From IMG/VR virus record IMGVR_UViG_3300043786_001842: a stretch of DNA of 64,000 nucleotides. One strand, 5' to 3'. Below, in pieces: positions 1 to 10,270 of the stretch. Position 1 is the first letter of the stretch. Each line of letters begins with the position of its first letter. The notes beneath the pieces were generated by a model. It did no database searches. It saw nothing but the letters and a program-made list of their open reading frames with translations, and was not told the origin of the DNA. This stretch comes from an uncultured virus (IMG/VR IMGVR_UViG_3300043786_001842). Taxonomy: Duplodnaviria > Heunggongvirae > Uroviricota > Caudoviricetes. Made by a program: the position numbers and the translations under genes.

Positions 1-3000
1 ACCGCGCCGACCGTCCGCGTCGTCGGCGACCTGGTCACCGCCGTCAATGCCACGGTGGGCGGGAACCTGACCGTGTCCGGCAACCTCGTGGTCTCCGGCA
101 CCCAGTCGCAGGTCAACTCCACCGTCGTCACGGTGAAAGACAACATCGTCGTCTACAACCAGGGCGAGATCGGCTCCGGCGTCACGAACCGCTACGCTGG
201 CATCCAGGTGGACCGCGGCGACCTCACCGACGTTCGTCTCGTGTTCGACGAGCAAGACGACAAGTGGAAGGTCGGCGAGATCGGCCTCGAGATCGCGCTG
301 GCGACTGCCACCGACATTGCGGCACTGGCTGCCCACAACCATGACAGCGTGTACGCGCCGCTGAGCCACACGCACGCCTGGAGCGCGGTCACCGGCACGC
401 CGACGACGATCGCTGGCTTCGGAATCACCGACGCGCTGGCACTGGGCTCCGCCATTCCCACCGCCGCCGGCACCGCCGCCGCCGGCACCGCCGGCACCGC
501 CGCCCACTCCGACCACGTCCACCCCTTGCAGGTAAACGTTTCTGGCAACGCCGCCACTGCGACGAAGCTGGCCGCAGCGCACACCGTCACCGCCTCTGGC
601 GACGCCTCCGGCTCGGTCTCGTTCGATGGCTCGGCCGACGTTGTGCTCGGTCTGACGCTCGCGAACTCCGGCGTGACCGCCGGCGCCTATCCCAAGGTCA
701 CCGTCGACTCCAAGGGCCGCGTCACCGCTGGCTCGGCCCTGCTGGCTTCCGACATCCCGTCTCTGGGATGGAGCAAGATCACTGGCACCCCGACGACCCT
801 GGCTGGGTATGCCATCTCTGACGCTTACACCAAGCTCGAGGTCTCCACGGCCCTGGCCATGAAGTCCGACAAGACCTACGTCGACGCCGGGCTGGCCCTG
901 AAGTCCGACAAGACCTACGTCGACGCCGGGCTGGCCCTGAAGTCCGACACCAGCACTCTGGCAGCCGTCGCCATTAGCGGCGACTACGCCGATCTGTCTG
1001 GTGCACCTGCCATCCCGACCGCGCTGAGTTCCCTCACTAATGATGTCGGCTTCCAGACGTCCTCGCAGGTTGATTTCGCCATTCAGGCAATCGTCGGCGC
1101 AGCCCCTGCCGCCCTGGATACCCTCCAGGAAATCGCCGCCCAGCTGGCCTCGGACGAGTCCGCTGTCGCGGCGCTGACGACCGTCGTCAGCGGGAAGGCC
1201 AACGTTTCTTCTCTGGCGGCCGTCGCCACCGCTGGCACCTTCGCATCCCTGACGTCCAAGCCGACGACGATTTCCGGCTACGGTATCATCGATGCTCTGA
1301 CATTGGGTTCTACGGTCGGCGCCGCAGCGGGTGTCGCATCTGCTGGCGTCGCCACGACCGCCGCCCATTCCGATCACGTCCACCCTCTCCAGACTTCTGT
1401 GTCTGGCAACGCTGCGACGGCGACGGCACTGGCGACGGCACGGACGATCAATGGCGTGTCCTTCGACGGCTCCGCGAACATCACCATCCCGTTCGCGAAT
1501 CTGGCCTCCAAGCCGACGACGATTTCCGGATACGGCATCACTGACGCCTTGACATTGGGCTCGACGGTCGGCACTGCAGCCGGAACAGCGGCCGCCGGAA
1601 CCGCCACGACGGCCGCCCATTCCGACCACGTCCACCCACTCCAGACGACCATCACTGGCAACGCCGCCACTGCGACGAAGCTGGTCACGGCACGGACGAT
1701 CAATGGCGTGTCCTTCGACGGCTCCGCGAACATCACCATCAATGCGGTCGATTCCACGGCTCGAGTCGCCTCCACCGAAAAAGGCGTGGCCAATGGCGTG
1801 GCCACTTTGGACGCCTCTGGCCTAGTTCCAATTTCACAACTGCCGTCTTATGTGGACGACGTGGTGGAGTACGCCAATCTCGCCGGCTTCCCAGTCACCG
1901 GCGCGAGCGGAAAGATCTACGTCGCGCTCGATACCAACAAGACCTATCGTTGGAGCGGCAGCGCCTACATCTACATCACGTCGGGCGCCGTCGACTCCGT
2001 AGCTGGCAAGACCGGTGTGGTCACTCTGGTCAAGGGCGATGTGGGTCTCGACAGCGTCGACAATACCGCCGACAGCGCCAAGAACGTCCTGAGTGCCACG
2101 AAGCTGGCCACGGCCCGCAGCATTTCGGCCACTGGCGATGCGACCTGGTCTGCCTCCTTCGATGGCTCGGCAAGTGCGTCCGGGGTGCTGACCCTCGCGA
2201 ACAGCGGTGTGACTGCTGGCACGTATCGTTCTCTGACCGTGGACGCCAAGGGTCGTGTCACGGCCGGCTCGAATCCGACGACGATTTCTGGCTACGGCAT
2301 CACTGATGCGCTGGTGCTGGGCTCGACGGTCGGCGCTGCGGCAGGCACTGCTGCTGCCGGCGTGGCGTCTACCGCCGCCCATTCCGACCACGTCCACCCG
2401 CTCCAGACCTCTGTGTCTGGAAATGCGGGAACGGCGACGGCGCTGGCGACGGCGCGGAATATCGCCGGCGTGTCCTTCAACGGATCTGCGGATATCGCCA
2501 TCCCGTTCGCGAATCTGGCCTCCAAGCCGACGACGATCGCCGGCTATGGCATCACCGATGCCCTGGCGCTGGGCTCGACGGTCGGTGCCGCGGCCGGAAC
2601 CGCCGCTGCCGGAACCGCCGCCACCGCTGCCCATTCCGATCACGTCCACCCGCTCCAGACGACCATCACCGGCAATGCTGCGACGGCAACGAAGCTGGTC
2701 ACCGCTCGGACGATCTCGACGACTGGCGATGCCACTGGCTCCGCTTCGTTCGATGGCTCTGCCAACGCGGCCATTGCGCTGACGCTGGCTAACACCGCCG
2801 TGTCTGCCGGCTCGTACGGCTCCGCCACCGCGGCCTCGACCTTTACAGTCGACGCGAAAGGCCGCCTGACCGCCGCCGGCTCTGTCACGATCACGCCTGC
2901 CTTCTCCAGCTTGACCGGCAAGCCTACGACGATCGCCGGCTACGGCATCACCGACGCGGTCAGTTCGTCGCTGCTCGGTGTCGCCAATGGCGTTGCCACG

Positions 3001-4521
3001 CTCGGTGCTGACAGCAAGATCCCAGCCTCCCAGCTCCCCAGCTACGTCGATGACGTTCTCGAGGCCACTAGTTTTGCCGTTCTCCCGGCCTCTGGATCCA
3101 CAGGCGCGATCTATGTCACTCTCGATACCAACAAGATCTACCGCTGGACTGGTACGGTCTATATCGAGATCAGCCCGACTGCTGGTAATGCTGATACCGC
3201 GACGAAGCTGGCTACGGCCAGAACGATCTCGACGACTGGCGATGCCACCGGCTCCGCTTCGTTCGATGGCTCTGCCAACGCGGCCATTGCGCTGACACTG
3301 GCTAACACCGCCGTGTCTGCCGGCTCGTACGGCTCCGCCACAGCAGCTCCGACCTTCACGGTCGATGCGAAAGGCCGTCTGACTGCAGCCAGCTCTGTCA
3401 CGATCACGCCCGCCTTCTCCAACGTGACCGGCAAGCCTACGACGATCGCCGGCTACGGCATCACCGACGCGGCCACTCTGGGCTCGACGGCCGGCGCTGC
3501 TGCCGGTACCGCTGCTGCCGGTACCGCCACGACGGCCGCTCGCTCCGACCACGTCCACCCGCTCCAGACCTCTGTGTCTGGAAATGCGGGTACCGCGACG
3601 AAGCTGGCAGCGGCGCGATTCATCGCCGGCGTGTCCTTCGACGGATCTGCGGATATCGCCATCCCGTTCGCGAATCTGGCCTCCAAGCCGACGACGATTT
3701 CTGGATACGGTATTACCGACGCGGCCATTCTGGGCTCGACGGTCGGCGCTGCGGCTGGAACCGCCGCGGCTGGAACCGCTACGACGGCCGCACGCTCCGA
3801 CCACGTCCACCCGGCCCAGACGACCATCACTGGAAATGCAGGAACGGCAACGACGTTGGCCACTGCGCGAGCCATCGCTGGTGTGTCCTTCAATGGATCC
3901 GCGGACATTGCTATTCCGTTCGCGAATCTGGCCTCCAAGCCGACGACGATCTCCGGATACGGTATCACTGACGCGACCACACTGGGCTCGACGGTTGGCG
4001 CCGCGGCCGGAACCGCATCTGCTGGCGTCGCCGCGACCGCCGCCCGCTCCGATCACGTCCACCCTCTCCAGACTTCTGTGTCTGGCAACGCTGCGACGGC
4101 GACGGCACTGGCCACGGCGCGGACGATCAATGGCGTGTCCTTCGACGGCTCCGCGAACATCACCGTGGCTGACGCGACGAAGCTGTCGCTGGCTGGTGGA
4201 ACGCTGACCGGCGGCGTCTACGAAGCCATCGTGGCCGTAGCTGCGTCGAACATCGCCCTCGGCTCTGGTAATGTCTTCACCAAGACGATTGCGGCCGCGA
4301 CGACGTTCACCCTCTCGGACGTCTCGCCGACTGGCGTGAACTCCTTCATCCTGAACCTCACCAATGGTGGCTCCCAGGCCATCACCTGGTGGTCCGGCGT
4401 GAAGTGGGCCGATGGGGCAGCCCCGACGCTGACGGCTTCCGGTCGGGACATGCTCGGATTCATGTCGTACGACGGTGGCTCGACGTGGAACGGCGTTGTC
4501 CTCGCGAAGAATCTGATGTAA
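1..4521 (+). CDS. Long tail fibre protein with modular repeats (5' end probably outside window)
   Basis: Frame is open from base 1. Gly/Ala/Thr-rich with repeated fibre motifs (KPTTIxGYGITDA, AHSDHVHPLQT, ATKLATARTI, VDAKGRVT, QLPSYVDDV) and a C-terminal domain (ITWWSGVKWADGAAPTLT). Confidence 0.9.
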   Translation, partial: TAPTVRVVGDLVTAVNATVGGNLTVSGNLVVSGTQSQVNSTVVTVKDNIVVYNQGEIGSGVTNRYAGIQVDRGDLTDVRLVFDEQDDKWKVGEIGLEIALATATDIAALAAHNHDSVYAPLSHTHAWSAVTGTPTTIAGFGITDALALGSAIPTAAGTAAAGTAGTAAHSDHVHPLQVNVSGNAATATKLAAAHTVTASGDASGSVSFDGSADVVLGLTLANSGVTAGAYPKVTVDSKGRVTAGSALLASDIPSLGWSKITGTPTTLAGYAISDAYTKLEVSTALAMKSDKTYVDAGLALKSDKTYVDAGLALKSDTSTLAAVAISGDYADLSGAPAIPTALSSLTNDVGFQTSSQVDFAIQAIVGAAPAALDTLQEIAAQLASDESAVAALTTVVSGKANVSSLAAVATAGTFASLTSKPTTISGYGIIDALTLGSTVGAAAGVASAGVATTAAHSDHVHPLQTSVSGNAATATALATARTINGVSFDGSANITIPFANLASKPTTISGYGITDALTLGSTVGTAAGTAAAGTATTAAHSDHVHPLQTTITGNAATATKLVTARTINGVSFDGSANITINAVDSTARVASTEKGVANGVATLDASGLVPISQLPSYVDDVVEYANLAGFPVTGASGKIYVALDTNKTYRWSGSAYIYITSGAVDSVAGKTGVVTLVKGDVGLDSVDNTADSAKNVLSATKLATARSISATGDATWSASFDGSASASGVLTLANSGVTAGTYRSLTVDAKGRVTAGSNPTTISGYGITDALVLGSTVGAAAGTAAAGVASTAAHSDHVHPLQTSVSGNAGTATALATARNIAGVSFNGSADIAIPFANLASKPTTIAGYGITDALALGSTVGAAAGTAAAGTAATAAHSDHVHPLQTTITGNAATATKLVTARTISTTGDATGSASFDGSANAAIALTLANTAVSAGSYGSATAASTFTVDAKGRLTAAGSVTITPAFSSLTGKPTTIAGYGITDAVSSSLLGVANGVATLGADSKIPASQLPSYVDDVLEATSFAVLPASGSTGAIYVTLDTNKIYRWTGTVYIEISPTAGNADTATKLATARTISTTGDATGSASFDGSANAAIALTLANTAVSAGSYGSATAAPTFTVDAKGRLTAASSVTITPAFSNVTGKPTTIAGYGITDAATLGSTAGAAAGTAAAGTATTAARSDHVHPLQTSVSGNAGTATKLAAARFIAGVSFDGSADIAIPFANLASKPTTISGYGITDAAILGSTVGAAAGTAAAGTATTAARSDHVHPAQTTITGNAGTATTLATARAIAGVSFNGSADIAIPFANLASKPTTISGYGITDATTLGSTVGAAAGTASAGVAATAARSDHVHPLQTSVSGNAATATALATARTINGVSFDGSANITVADATKLSLAGGTLTGGVYEAIVAVAASNIALGSGNVFTKTIAAATTFTLSDVSPTGVNSFILNLTNGGSQAITWWSGVKWADGAAPTLTASGRDMLGFMSYDGGSTWNGVVLAKNLM
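861..948 (+). repeat. 39-bp exact tandem repeat within tail fibre (KSDKTYVDAGLAL x2 plus partial)
   Basis: gaagtccgacaagacctacgtcgacgccgggctggccct is repeated back to back. Confidence 0.9.
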
Positions 4522-4566
4522 TCCGCAAATGACTGGGCGGGGTGATCCCCGCCCATGGAGAATCTG

Positions 4567-6879
4567 ATGAATCTACGTAACTTTTTATTGAATGCGAGTA
4601 CCGCCTCCCCAGCTGATCCATACTCAATGATGCAGCAGGCCCGTGTGCAGGCTTCGGACGCATTGGCAACCGACTACTTCGGTTGTTCCGTTGCCTTATC
4701 GTCGGACGGGAACACGATGGCGGTGGGGGCATACAAGGACAATAACTCTGGCGGCACGGATGCTGGTTCTGTATACGTGTTCACCCGCTCCGGGACGACC
4801 TGGATGGAGCAGGCCCGTGTGCAGGCCTCGGACGCATTGGCAACCGACTACTTTGGTTATTCCGTCGCCCTATCGTCGGACGGAAACACGATGGTGGTGG
4901 GGGCGTTTTGGGACGACAACTCCGGCGGTACTGACGCCGGCTCCGCGTACGTGTTCACCCGCTCCGGGGCAACGTGGACGCAGCAGGCCCAAGTGCAGGC
5001 ATTGGACGCATTGGCGAGTGATCACTTCGGCATCTCCGTCGCCCTGTCCTCGGACGGGAATACGATGGCAGTGGGGGCGAATTTGGGCGACAGCTCCGGT
5101 GGTGCCACCAACGCCGGCTCCGCATACGTCTTCACTCGCTCCGGGACGACGTGGACGCAGCAGGCCGAGGTGCAGGCATCGGATGCGGCGATGGACGACT
5201 ACTTCGGCGTCTCCGTCGCCCTGTCCTCGGACGGGAACACGATGGCGGTGGGGGCGAACGGGGACGGCAACTCCGGCGGTATTGACGCCGGCTCCGCGTA
5301 TGTATTCACCCGCTCTGGGACGACGTGGACGCAGCAGGCTCGGGTGCAGGCGTCGGACGCGGCGATGAACGACTACTTCGGTATCTCCGTCGCCCTGTCC
5401 TCGGACGGGAATACGCTGGCAGTGGGGGCATATTGGGACGATAACGCCGGCGGTACTAACGCAGGCTCCGCATATGTCTTCACCCGCTCTGGGACGACGT
5501 GGACGCAGCAGGCTCGGGTGCAGGCTTCGGACGCGGCGGCGAGCGACTACTTCGGCTGCTCCGTCGCCCTGTCCTCGGACGGGAACACGATGGCAGTGGG
5601 GTCGTATCTGGATGATAACGCCGGCGGTACCAACGCAGGCTCCGCATATATCTTCACCCGCTCTGGGACGACGTGGGCGCAGCAGGCCCGGGTGCAGTCA
5701 ACACATGCAGGAGGAAGCGATTATTTCGGTTTTTCTATTTCCCTGTCCTCGGACGGGAATACGCTGGCAGTGGGGGCGTATCTGGATGATAATGCTGGTA
5801 CTAGCGATGCTGGTTCAGCTTTCATTTTCCAATCATCTCTTCAACTTCCCTCATCCGTACTTTACTCTTCTCAGTTGAGATTGCAGGCGTCGGCCATGAT
5901 GTCAAGCGACCAGTTCGGTTGCTCTATCGCTCTGTCCTCGGACGGGAACACGATGGTAGTCGGGTCGTATCAGGACGACAATTCCGGCGGTACTGATGCC
6001 GGCTCAGCGTACGTGTTCACCCGCTCTGGAACAACCTGGACGGAGCAGACCCGGGTGCAGGCATCGGATGCGGCGGCGAGTGACTATTTTGGTTGGTCGG
6101 TCGCTCTGTCCTCGGACGGGAACACGATGGCGGTGGGGGCGTACGGTGACGACAACTCTGGCGGTGCTGACGCAGGCTCTGCGTACGTGTTCGTTCGCTC
6201 CGGGACAACGTGGACGCAGCAGGCCCGAGTGCAGGCTTCGGACGCGGCGGCGATCGGCTACTTCGGTTACTCCATCACTTTGTCCTCGGACGGAAACACG
6301 ATGGCGGTGGGGGCATTGCTGGATAACAACTCCGGTGGGAGCAGTGCCGGCTCCGCGTACGTGTTCACCCGCTCCGGGACAACGTGGACGCAGCAGGCCC
6401 AAGTGCAGGCTTCGGACGCGGCGGCGAGCGACCAGCTCGGTATCTCCGCCGCCTTATCCTCGGACGGGAATACGCTGGCAGTGGGGGCGATTTACGATGA
6501 CAACTCCGGCGGTAGCAACGCCGGCTCCGCGTACGTATTCACCCGCTCTGGGACGACGTGGACGCAGCAGGCCCGGGTGCAGGCCTCTGACGCGGCGGCG
6601 ATCGACTACTTCGGCTACTCCGTCGCCCTGTCCTCGGACGGGAACACGATGGCGGTGGGGGCACGAAGCGACGACACCTCCGGCGGTGCTGACGCAGGCT
6701 CCGCGTACGTGTTCACCCGCTCCGGGACAACGTGGACGCAGCAGGCCCAAGTGCAGGCATTGGATGCGGAAAAAACGGGTATGTTTGGTAGCTCCATTGC
6801 TTTGTCCTCGGACGGGAATATGCTGGCAGCGGGAGCACCTCAATCTACCATGAATTCTGTCTACATTTTTTACAAGTGA
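4567..6879 (+). CDS. FG-GAP repeat beta-propeller protein (13 repeats, 7+6), probable virion adhesin
   Basis: 13 copies of a ~57-aa unit FGxSVALSSDGNTMAVGA...AGSAYVF. GGAG precedes the ATG at 4567. Lies directly after the tail fibre. Confidence 0.85.
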   Translation: MNLRNFLLNASTASPADPYSMMQQARVQASDALATDYFGCSVALSSDGNTMAVGAYKDNNSGGTDAGSVYVFTRSGTTWMEQARVQASDALATDYFGYSVALSSDGNTMVVGAFWDDNSGGTDAGSAYVFTRSGATWTQQAQVQALDALASDHFGISVALSSDGNTMAVGANLGDSSGGATNAGSAYVFTRSGTTWTQQAEVQASDAAMDDYFGVSVALSSDGNTMAVGANGDGNSGGIDAGSAYVFTRSGTTWTQQARVQASDAAMNDYFGISVALSSDGNTLAVGAYWDDNAGGTNAGSAYVFTRSGTTWTQQARVQASDAAASDYFGCSVALSSDGNTMAVGSYLDDNAGGTNAGSAYIFTRSGTTWAQQARVQSTHAGGSDYFGFSISLSSDGNTLAVGAYLDDNAGTSDAGSAFIFQSSLQLPSSVLYSSQLRLQASAMMSSDQFGCSIALSSDGNTMVVGSYQDDNSGGTDAGSAYVFTRSGTTWTEQTRVQASDAAASDYFGWSVALSSDGNTMAVGAYGDDNSGGADAGSAYVFVRSGTTWTQQARVQASDAAAIGYFGYSITLSSDGNTMAVGALLDNNSGGSSAGSAYVFTRSGTTWTQQAQVQASDAAASDQLGISAALSSDGNTLAVGAIYDDNSGGSNAGSAYVFTRSGTTWTQQARVQASDAAAIDYFGYSVALSSDGNTMAVGARSDDTSGGADAGSAYVFTRSGTTWTQQAQVQALDAEKTGMFGSSIALSSDGNMLAAGAPQSTMNSVYIFYK

Positions 6880-6890
6880 GGTAACAAGCA

Positions 6891-7448
6891 ATGCGCATTC
6901 AGATCATCGAAACCGGCATCATCCAGGCCTACGGCCAGTGGCGCCTAGCCAACTCCAACGTCTCCATGCCCGCCGTGCTGAGCGAGGAGACCCTCGCCAG
7001 CGTCGGCATCCGCCAGGTGACCGAGACCCCCGCCCCCGCGACCGACGACCTGCACGTGGCCGTCGAGAACGGTGTCGACGAGAGCTGCGTCCTGCAGTGG
7101 AAGATCATCGATCGCTTCGCCAGCGAGGAGGACAAGCAGGCCTTCCTGGCGAAAAAGGCCGAGACCGACCGGGCCGCCCTGGTGCGGGCCGTGACGGTGA
7201 TGGCCCAGCGCCGCCTCGACGACTTCGCCAAGACCCGGAACTACGACGGTATCCTCTCGCTGTGTAGCTACGCGACCGACCCGAACCCGAGGTTCGCCGC
7301 TGAGGGCCAGTACGGCGTCGAGGCTCGCAGCGACACCTGGGGCTCGTTGTACTCCATCATGTCTGCCGTGGAAGCCGGCACGCGCCCCATGCCCTCCAGC
7401 GTGGCCGAGGTCGAGGCCGAGCTCCCCGTTCTGACGTGGCCGGCCTGA
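6891..7448 (+). CDS. Probable tail fibre assembly/chaperone-like protein
   Basis: GAGG RBS. RLDDFAKTRNYDGILSLCSYA...LPVLTWP resembles small phage proteins that follow fibre genes. Confidence 0.6.
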   Translation: MRIQIIETGIIQAYGQWRLANSNVSMPAVLSEETLASVGIRQVTETPAPATDDLHVAVENGVDESCVLQWKIIDRFASEEDKQAFLAKKAETDRAALVRAVTVMAQRRLDDFAKTRNYDGILSLCSYATDPNPRFAAEGQYGVEARSDTWGSLYSIMSAVEAGTRPMPSSVAEVEAELPVLTWPA

Positions 7449-7744
7449 TGCGGGGCCTAGTCAGGCGGGTCGCGTTCCTTGCCCTGTGGGTGCTGTGCCT
7501 GCTCGCGGGGCTGGTCGCCGCCGTCTGGATGCTGCTCTCCATCCTCTTCGGGTCCGGGGCCCGGGCCTGGAGGGTGGCGGTCGGCTTCGACCAGCTCGTG
7601 AACGCGACTTCGGGCGGAAGCGAGGACGAGACGATATCGAGCAGAGCAGGGCGCCAGGCGACGAGGAACTGTGGCTGGAGGGCGCTCTGCCGGATCCTGG
7701 ACGCAATCGACCCGGGGCACTGCAAAAAGAGCATCGGCAGCTGA
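7448..7744 (+). CDS. Small phage membrane protein (DETISSRAGR type)
   Basis: N-terminal hydrophobic helix, then DQLVN...DETISSRAGR...C..LD..DPGHC. Start overlaps the upstream stop (TGATG). Confidence 0.65.
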   Translation: MRGLVRRVAFLALWVLCLLAGLVAAVWMLLSILFGSGARAWRVAVGFDQLVNATSGGSEDETISSRAGRQATRNCGWRALCRILDAIDPGHCKKSIGS

Positions 7745-7770
7745 CCGGTGCGCCGGACCGACGTCGAGAA

Positions 7771-7795
7771 CCCCATCCCCTCAGAGGGGATGGGG
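7771..7795. terminator. Hairpin between convergent genes
   Basis: CCCCATCCCCT-CAG-AGGGGATGGGG forms a perfect 11-bp stem. Confidence 0.7.
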
Positions 7796-7806
7796 CCTTC
7801 TCTCGC

Positions 7807-10257
7807 TCAGGACTCCATGGAGGAATCGTCGCCTTCTCCCGACGCCGGCGACGCTGCTGGCGTCGTTGGCTCGGTCTCGATGGCCTTCTTGCGACCGCTC
7901 GCGGTCTTCGCCTCCGCGAGCATGTCCTCGTAGTGGTTCCATCGGATCTGAGGCATGAGGTCCTTCGTGACCAGCAGCTTCAGGGTGCTCTTCGTTCCGT
8001 CCTCCTCGGCGGATGCGAGGGACTCTACGATGAACTCCACGACGCCGGACGCCTGGTTGATGGCGTCCGCGAGATTCGTCATGTTGAGCGTCGCCGGGCT
8101 CGGGAACCGGACGATGAGGTACTCCGGGCGGATGCGCTCCCGCGGGGTCTCCCGATTGTCCTCCTCCCCAGCGGCACTCCCGTCGCCGCTCCTCTTCACC
8201 TCCTCCCGGTCGCCGTCCTTCGCCTCGCCCTCGCTCCTCGCCCCGCCGAGGATCTCGTCCAGCCCGAGGAACTCGTTGCGGTACAGGAGGCGCATTATCT
8301 GCGTGGCCTGCCGTCCGTAGTGCTTCTGGTGGCGGACGACGCGGCGGAGGAAGCGTCCGTTGTCCATCGTCAGCGACCTGGCGAACGCGACCTCTTCCGA
8401 GTACCCGACGAAGGCGGCCGGGACCCCGGTCCCGCCGATGATGGCCTTCCTCAGGTACTCGAGGAAGGGCGTGTCGACGTCAGCCGCGCCGCCGAGCGTG
8501 AGGGTCTCGACCTCGACCGGACGCTCGCCGTTGTACGTCGGGACGTAGAAGTCGTGGAACTCGCCGACGTGGTTGATGGTCGTCGTGATGTCCCGCAGGT
8601 TGGAGAACTTCACCTCGCGCTGCTTGATCGTCCGGATGAAGTTCTGGACGGCGTTGTTGCCGTCGTTGTCGACGCCGATGTCGATGTACCACACCAGCCG
8701 CTCGGGCCGGCGGATCGAGTTCCGCATGAACGCGTTCGTCATCGCCCCGATGTACAGCTTGGCGAGGAACTTGACCCGGCTGAGGACGGAGTCGCCGTAC
8801 CCGGGCGTCCCATTCGGCGTGAAGTGGACCATCTGGTCCGGCGCTACGTACGTCACCGTGACGCGGCGTCCCTCCTGGCGTGCGCGGAGGAGCACCGTGT
8901 ACGCGTCCGCCGCCGCCTCCTCGTGGTCGGTCAGGAACTTGGAGTTGCCGAGGCGGGCAGCGAGCGTCTTCACGATGAGCCGCCCGATGATCGCCTCCTT
9001 CCCCTTGTTGGGTCCGAAGCCGGCGTCGTTCGTCCCGAACATCTTCAGCGAGTAGTTCTGGTCGATGGCGCGCGACATCGTCGTCTGATCCGGAGTGCCA
9101 GCCCCGGAGGCGGCGGTGCGACTGAACGCGGCCAGGGACGGGCCGGAGTACTCCAGAAAGTAGTACCCGAACAGAGTGTCGCCGTGGTACAGCTTGATGA
9201 CGTTCTCCGGCGGGATCATCTTCACCACGGACCCGCGGATCTTGCTCTTGGCGAGCAGCGCCTTCTTCTCGTCCTTGCCGCCCCTACCGCCCCGCCTCGC
9301 CGACTTCGCCGGGAGGTCCTGAGCGGTCCTCATGTCGAAGATGGTCTGGGCGGCGATCTTGCCGACATTCTCGTTGAAGGCGAAGGTCTCGTTCATGAGC
9401 GCCGCGAAGTCGGCGCGCAGCCGCGCCTTCGCGCCGTCGTCGCCGTCTGCCGCCTCGACGAGATGACGCATGTCGTCGTCTTCCGTGTTCGGGACGTGGT
9501 GCTCGGTGAACAGCGTCTGAGCCTTCGCCTCACCCTCTTCCGTCAGGAGCGTCTCCAGCTCCTGACGGAGGTTGAAGACTCCGACGAAGAAGTCCCCCTT
9601 CTTCAGGGACTCGACGATGGCGGTCTCGATGCGGTCCTCGAGCTTGTACTTCTCGATGAGCTCGTTGCAGCGAGTCCGGGCCTCGTCCACCACGTCCGTC
9701 TCCGCAGTGCGGGATGGGTCCTCGTAGAAGACGCTGATGTCGCGCTTAGTGAAGTCATCCGGGCTGATGATGTTGTCGCAGTACGTCTGGACGGCCTCCG
9801 ACACCTGCGTGATCAGCTCGTACATCTGGGCATACGTCAGGTAGTCGTCGGTGCGGCCCTTCTCGGAAAAGAAGAGCTCGTTGACGGCGGAGGCGTCGAT
9901 CTGCTCCAGGGCGTCCTTGAGCTTCTTCCCGCCGTCCACCATAGCGGCACGCGAGACAGCGGGGGACGTCTCGGCGACGGGCGTGTTGAGCAGGGAGTCC
10001 TGCTTCAGGCGGGCCATCGTCTCCAGCGTGTTGCCGCCGGTCAGGCGATTCTGGGACGCCGAGACGCGCCGGGCGACGGTTCGCACGATGCTGTCCAGGT
10101 GTGCGCGGCCGTCCAATTCCGGCTCGGCGCCCCCCTGCATCTGCTCGGCGGCGTCGGACTGCGCGCGCTCGCCGCGCCGGATGGCCTCTTCGGCGCCCCT
10201 CTGATTGGGGCTGTGCCGCGCGGCAGCCGGACGTTGCGTAATGCTTTTCTTTCTCAT
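7807..10257 (-). CDS. Portal protein (T4 gp20-like, jumbo phage type)
   Basis: RRPERLVWYIDIG matches T4-type RAPERRIFYIDVG. Also HDFYVPT...VETL..G and YLRKAII...GVPA. Confidence 0.8.
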   Translation of the reverse strand: MRKKSITQRPAAARHSPNQRGAEEAIRRGERAQSDAAEQMQGGAEPELDGRAHLDSIVRTVARRVSASQNRLTGGNTLETMARLKQDSLLNTPVAETSPAVSRAAMVDGGKKLKDALEQIDASAVNELFFSEKGRTDDYLTYAQMYELITQVSEAVQTYCDNIISPDDFTKRDISVFYEDPSRTAETDVVDEARTRCNELIEKYKLEDRIETAIVESLKKGDFFVGVFNLRQELETLLTEEGEAKAQTLFTEHHVPNTEDDDMRHLVEAADGDDGAKARLRADFAALMNETFAFNENVGKIAAQTIFDMRTAQDLPAKSARRGGRGGKDEKKALLAKSKIRGSVVKMIPPENVIKLYHGDTLFGYYFLEYSGPSLAAFSRTAASGAGTPDQTTMSRAIDQNYSLKMFGTNDAGFGPNKGKEAIIGRLIVKTLAARLGNSKFLTDHEEAAADAYTVLLRARQEGRRVTVTYVAPDQMVHFTPNGTPGYGDSVLSRVKFLAKLYIGAMTNAFMRNSIRRPERLVWYIDIGVDNDGNNAVQNFIRTIKQREVKFSNLRDITTTINHVGEFHDFYVPTYNGERPVEVETLTLGGAADVDTPFLEYLRKAIIGGTGVPAAFVGYSEEVAFARSLTMDNGRFLRRVVRHQKHYGRQATQIMRLLYRNEFLGLDEILGGARSEGEAKDGDREEVKRSGDGSAAGEEDNRETPRERIRPEYLIVRFPSPATLNMTNLADAINQASGVVEFIVESLASAEEDGTKSTLKLLVTKDLMPQIRWNHYEDMLAEAKTASGRKKAIETEPTTPAASPASGEGDDSSMES

Positions 10258-10270
10258 TGCTGATTCCGCC

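Noticed and set aside
4640..6830. CRISPR array or non-coding repeat array
   Set aside because: Repeats are in-frame 171-nt coding units with no unique spacers.
7486..10263. Long ORFs antisense to or overlapping real genes (e.g. 7486-10263, 1834-4062, 19970-21688, 49898-52300, 57334-58542)
   Set aside because: Shadow frames caused by high GC3 codon bias. They are Arg/Gly/Pro-rich with no motifs.
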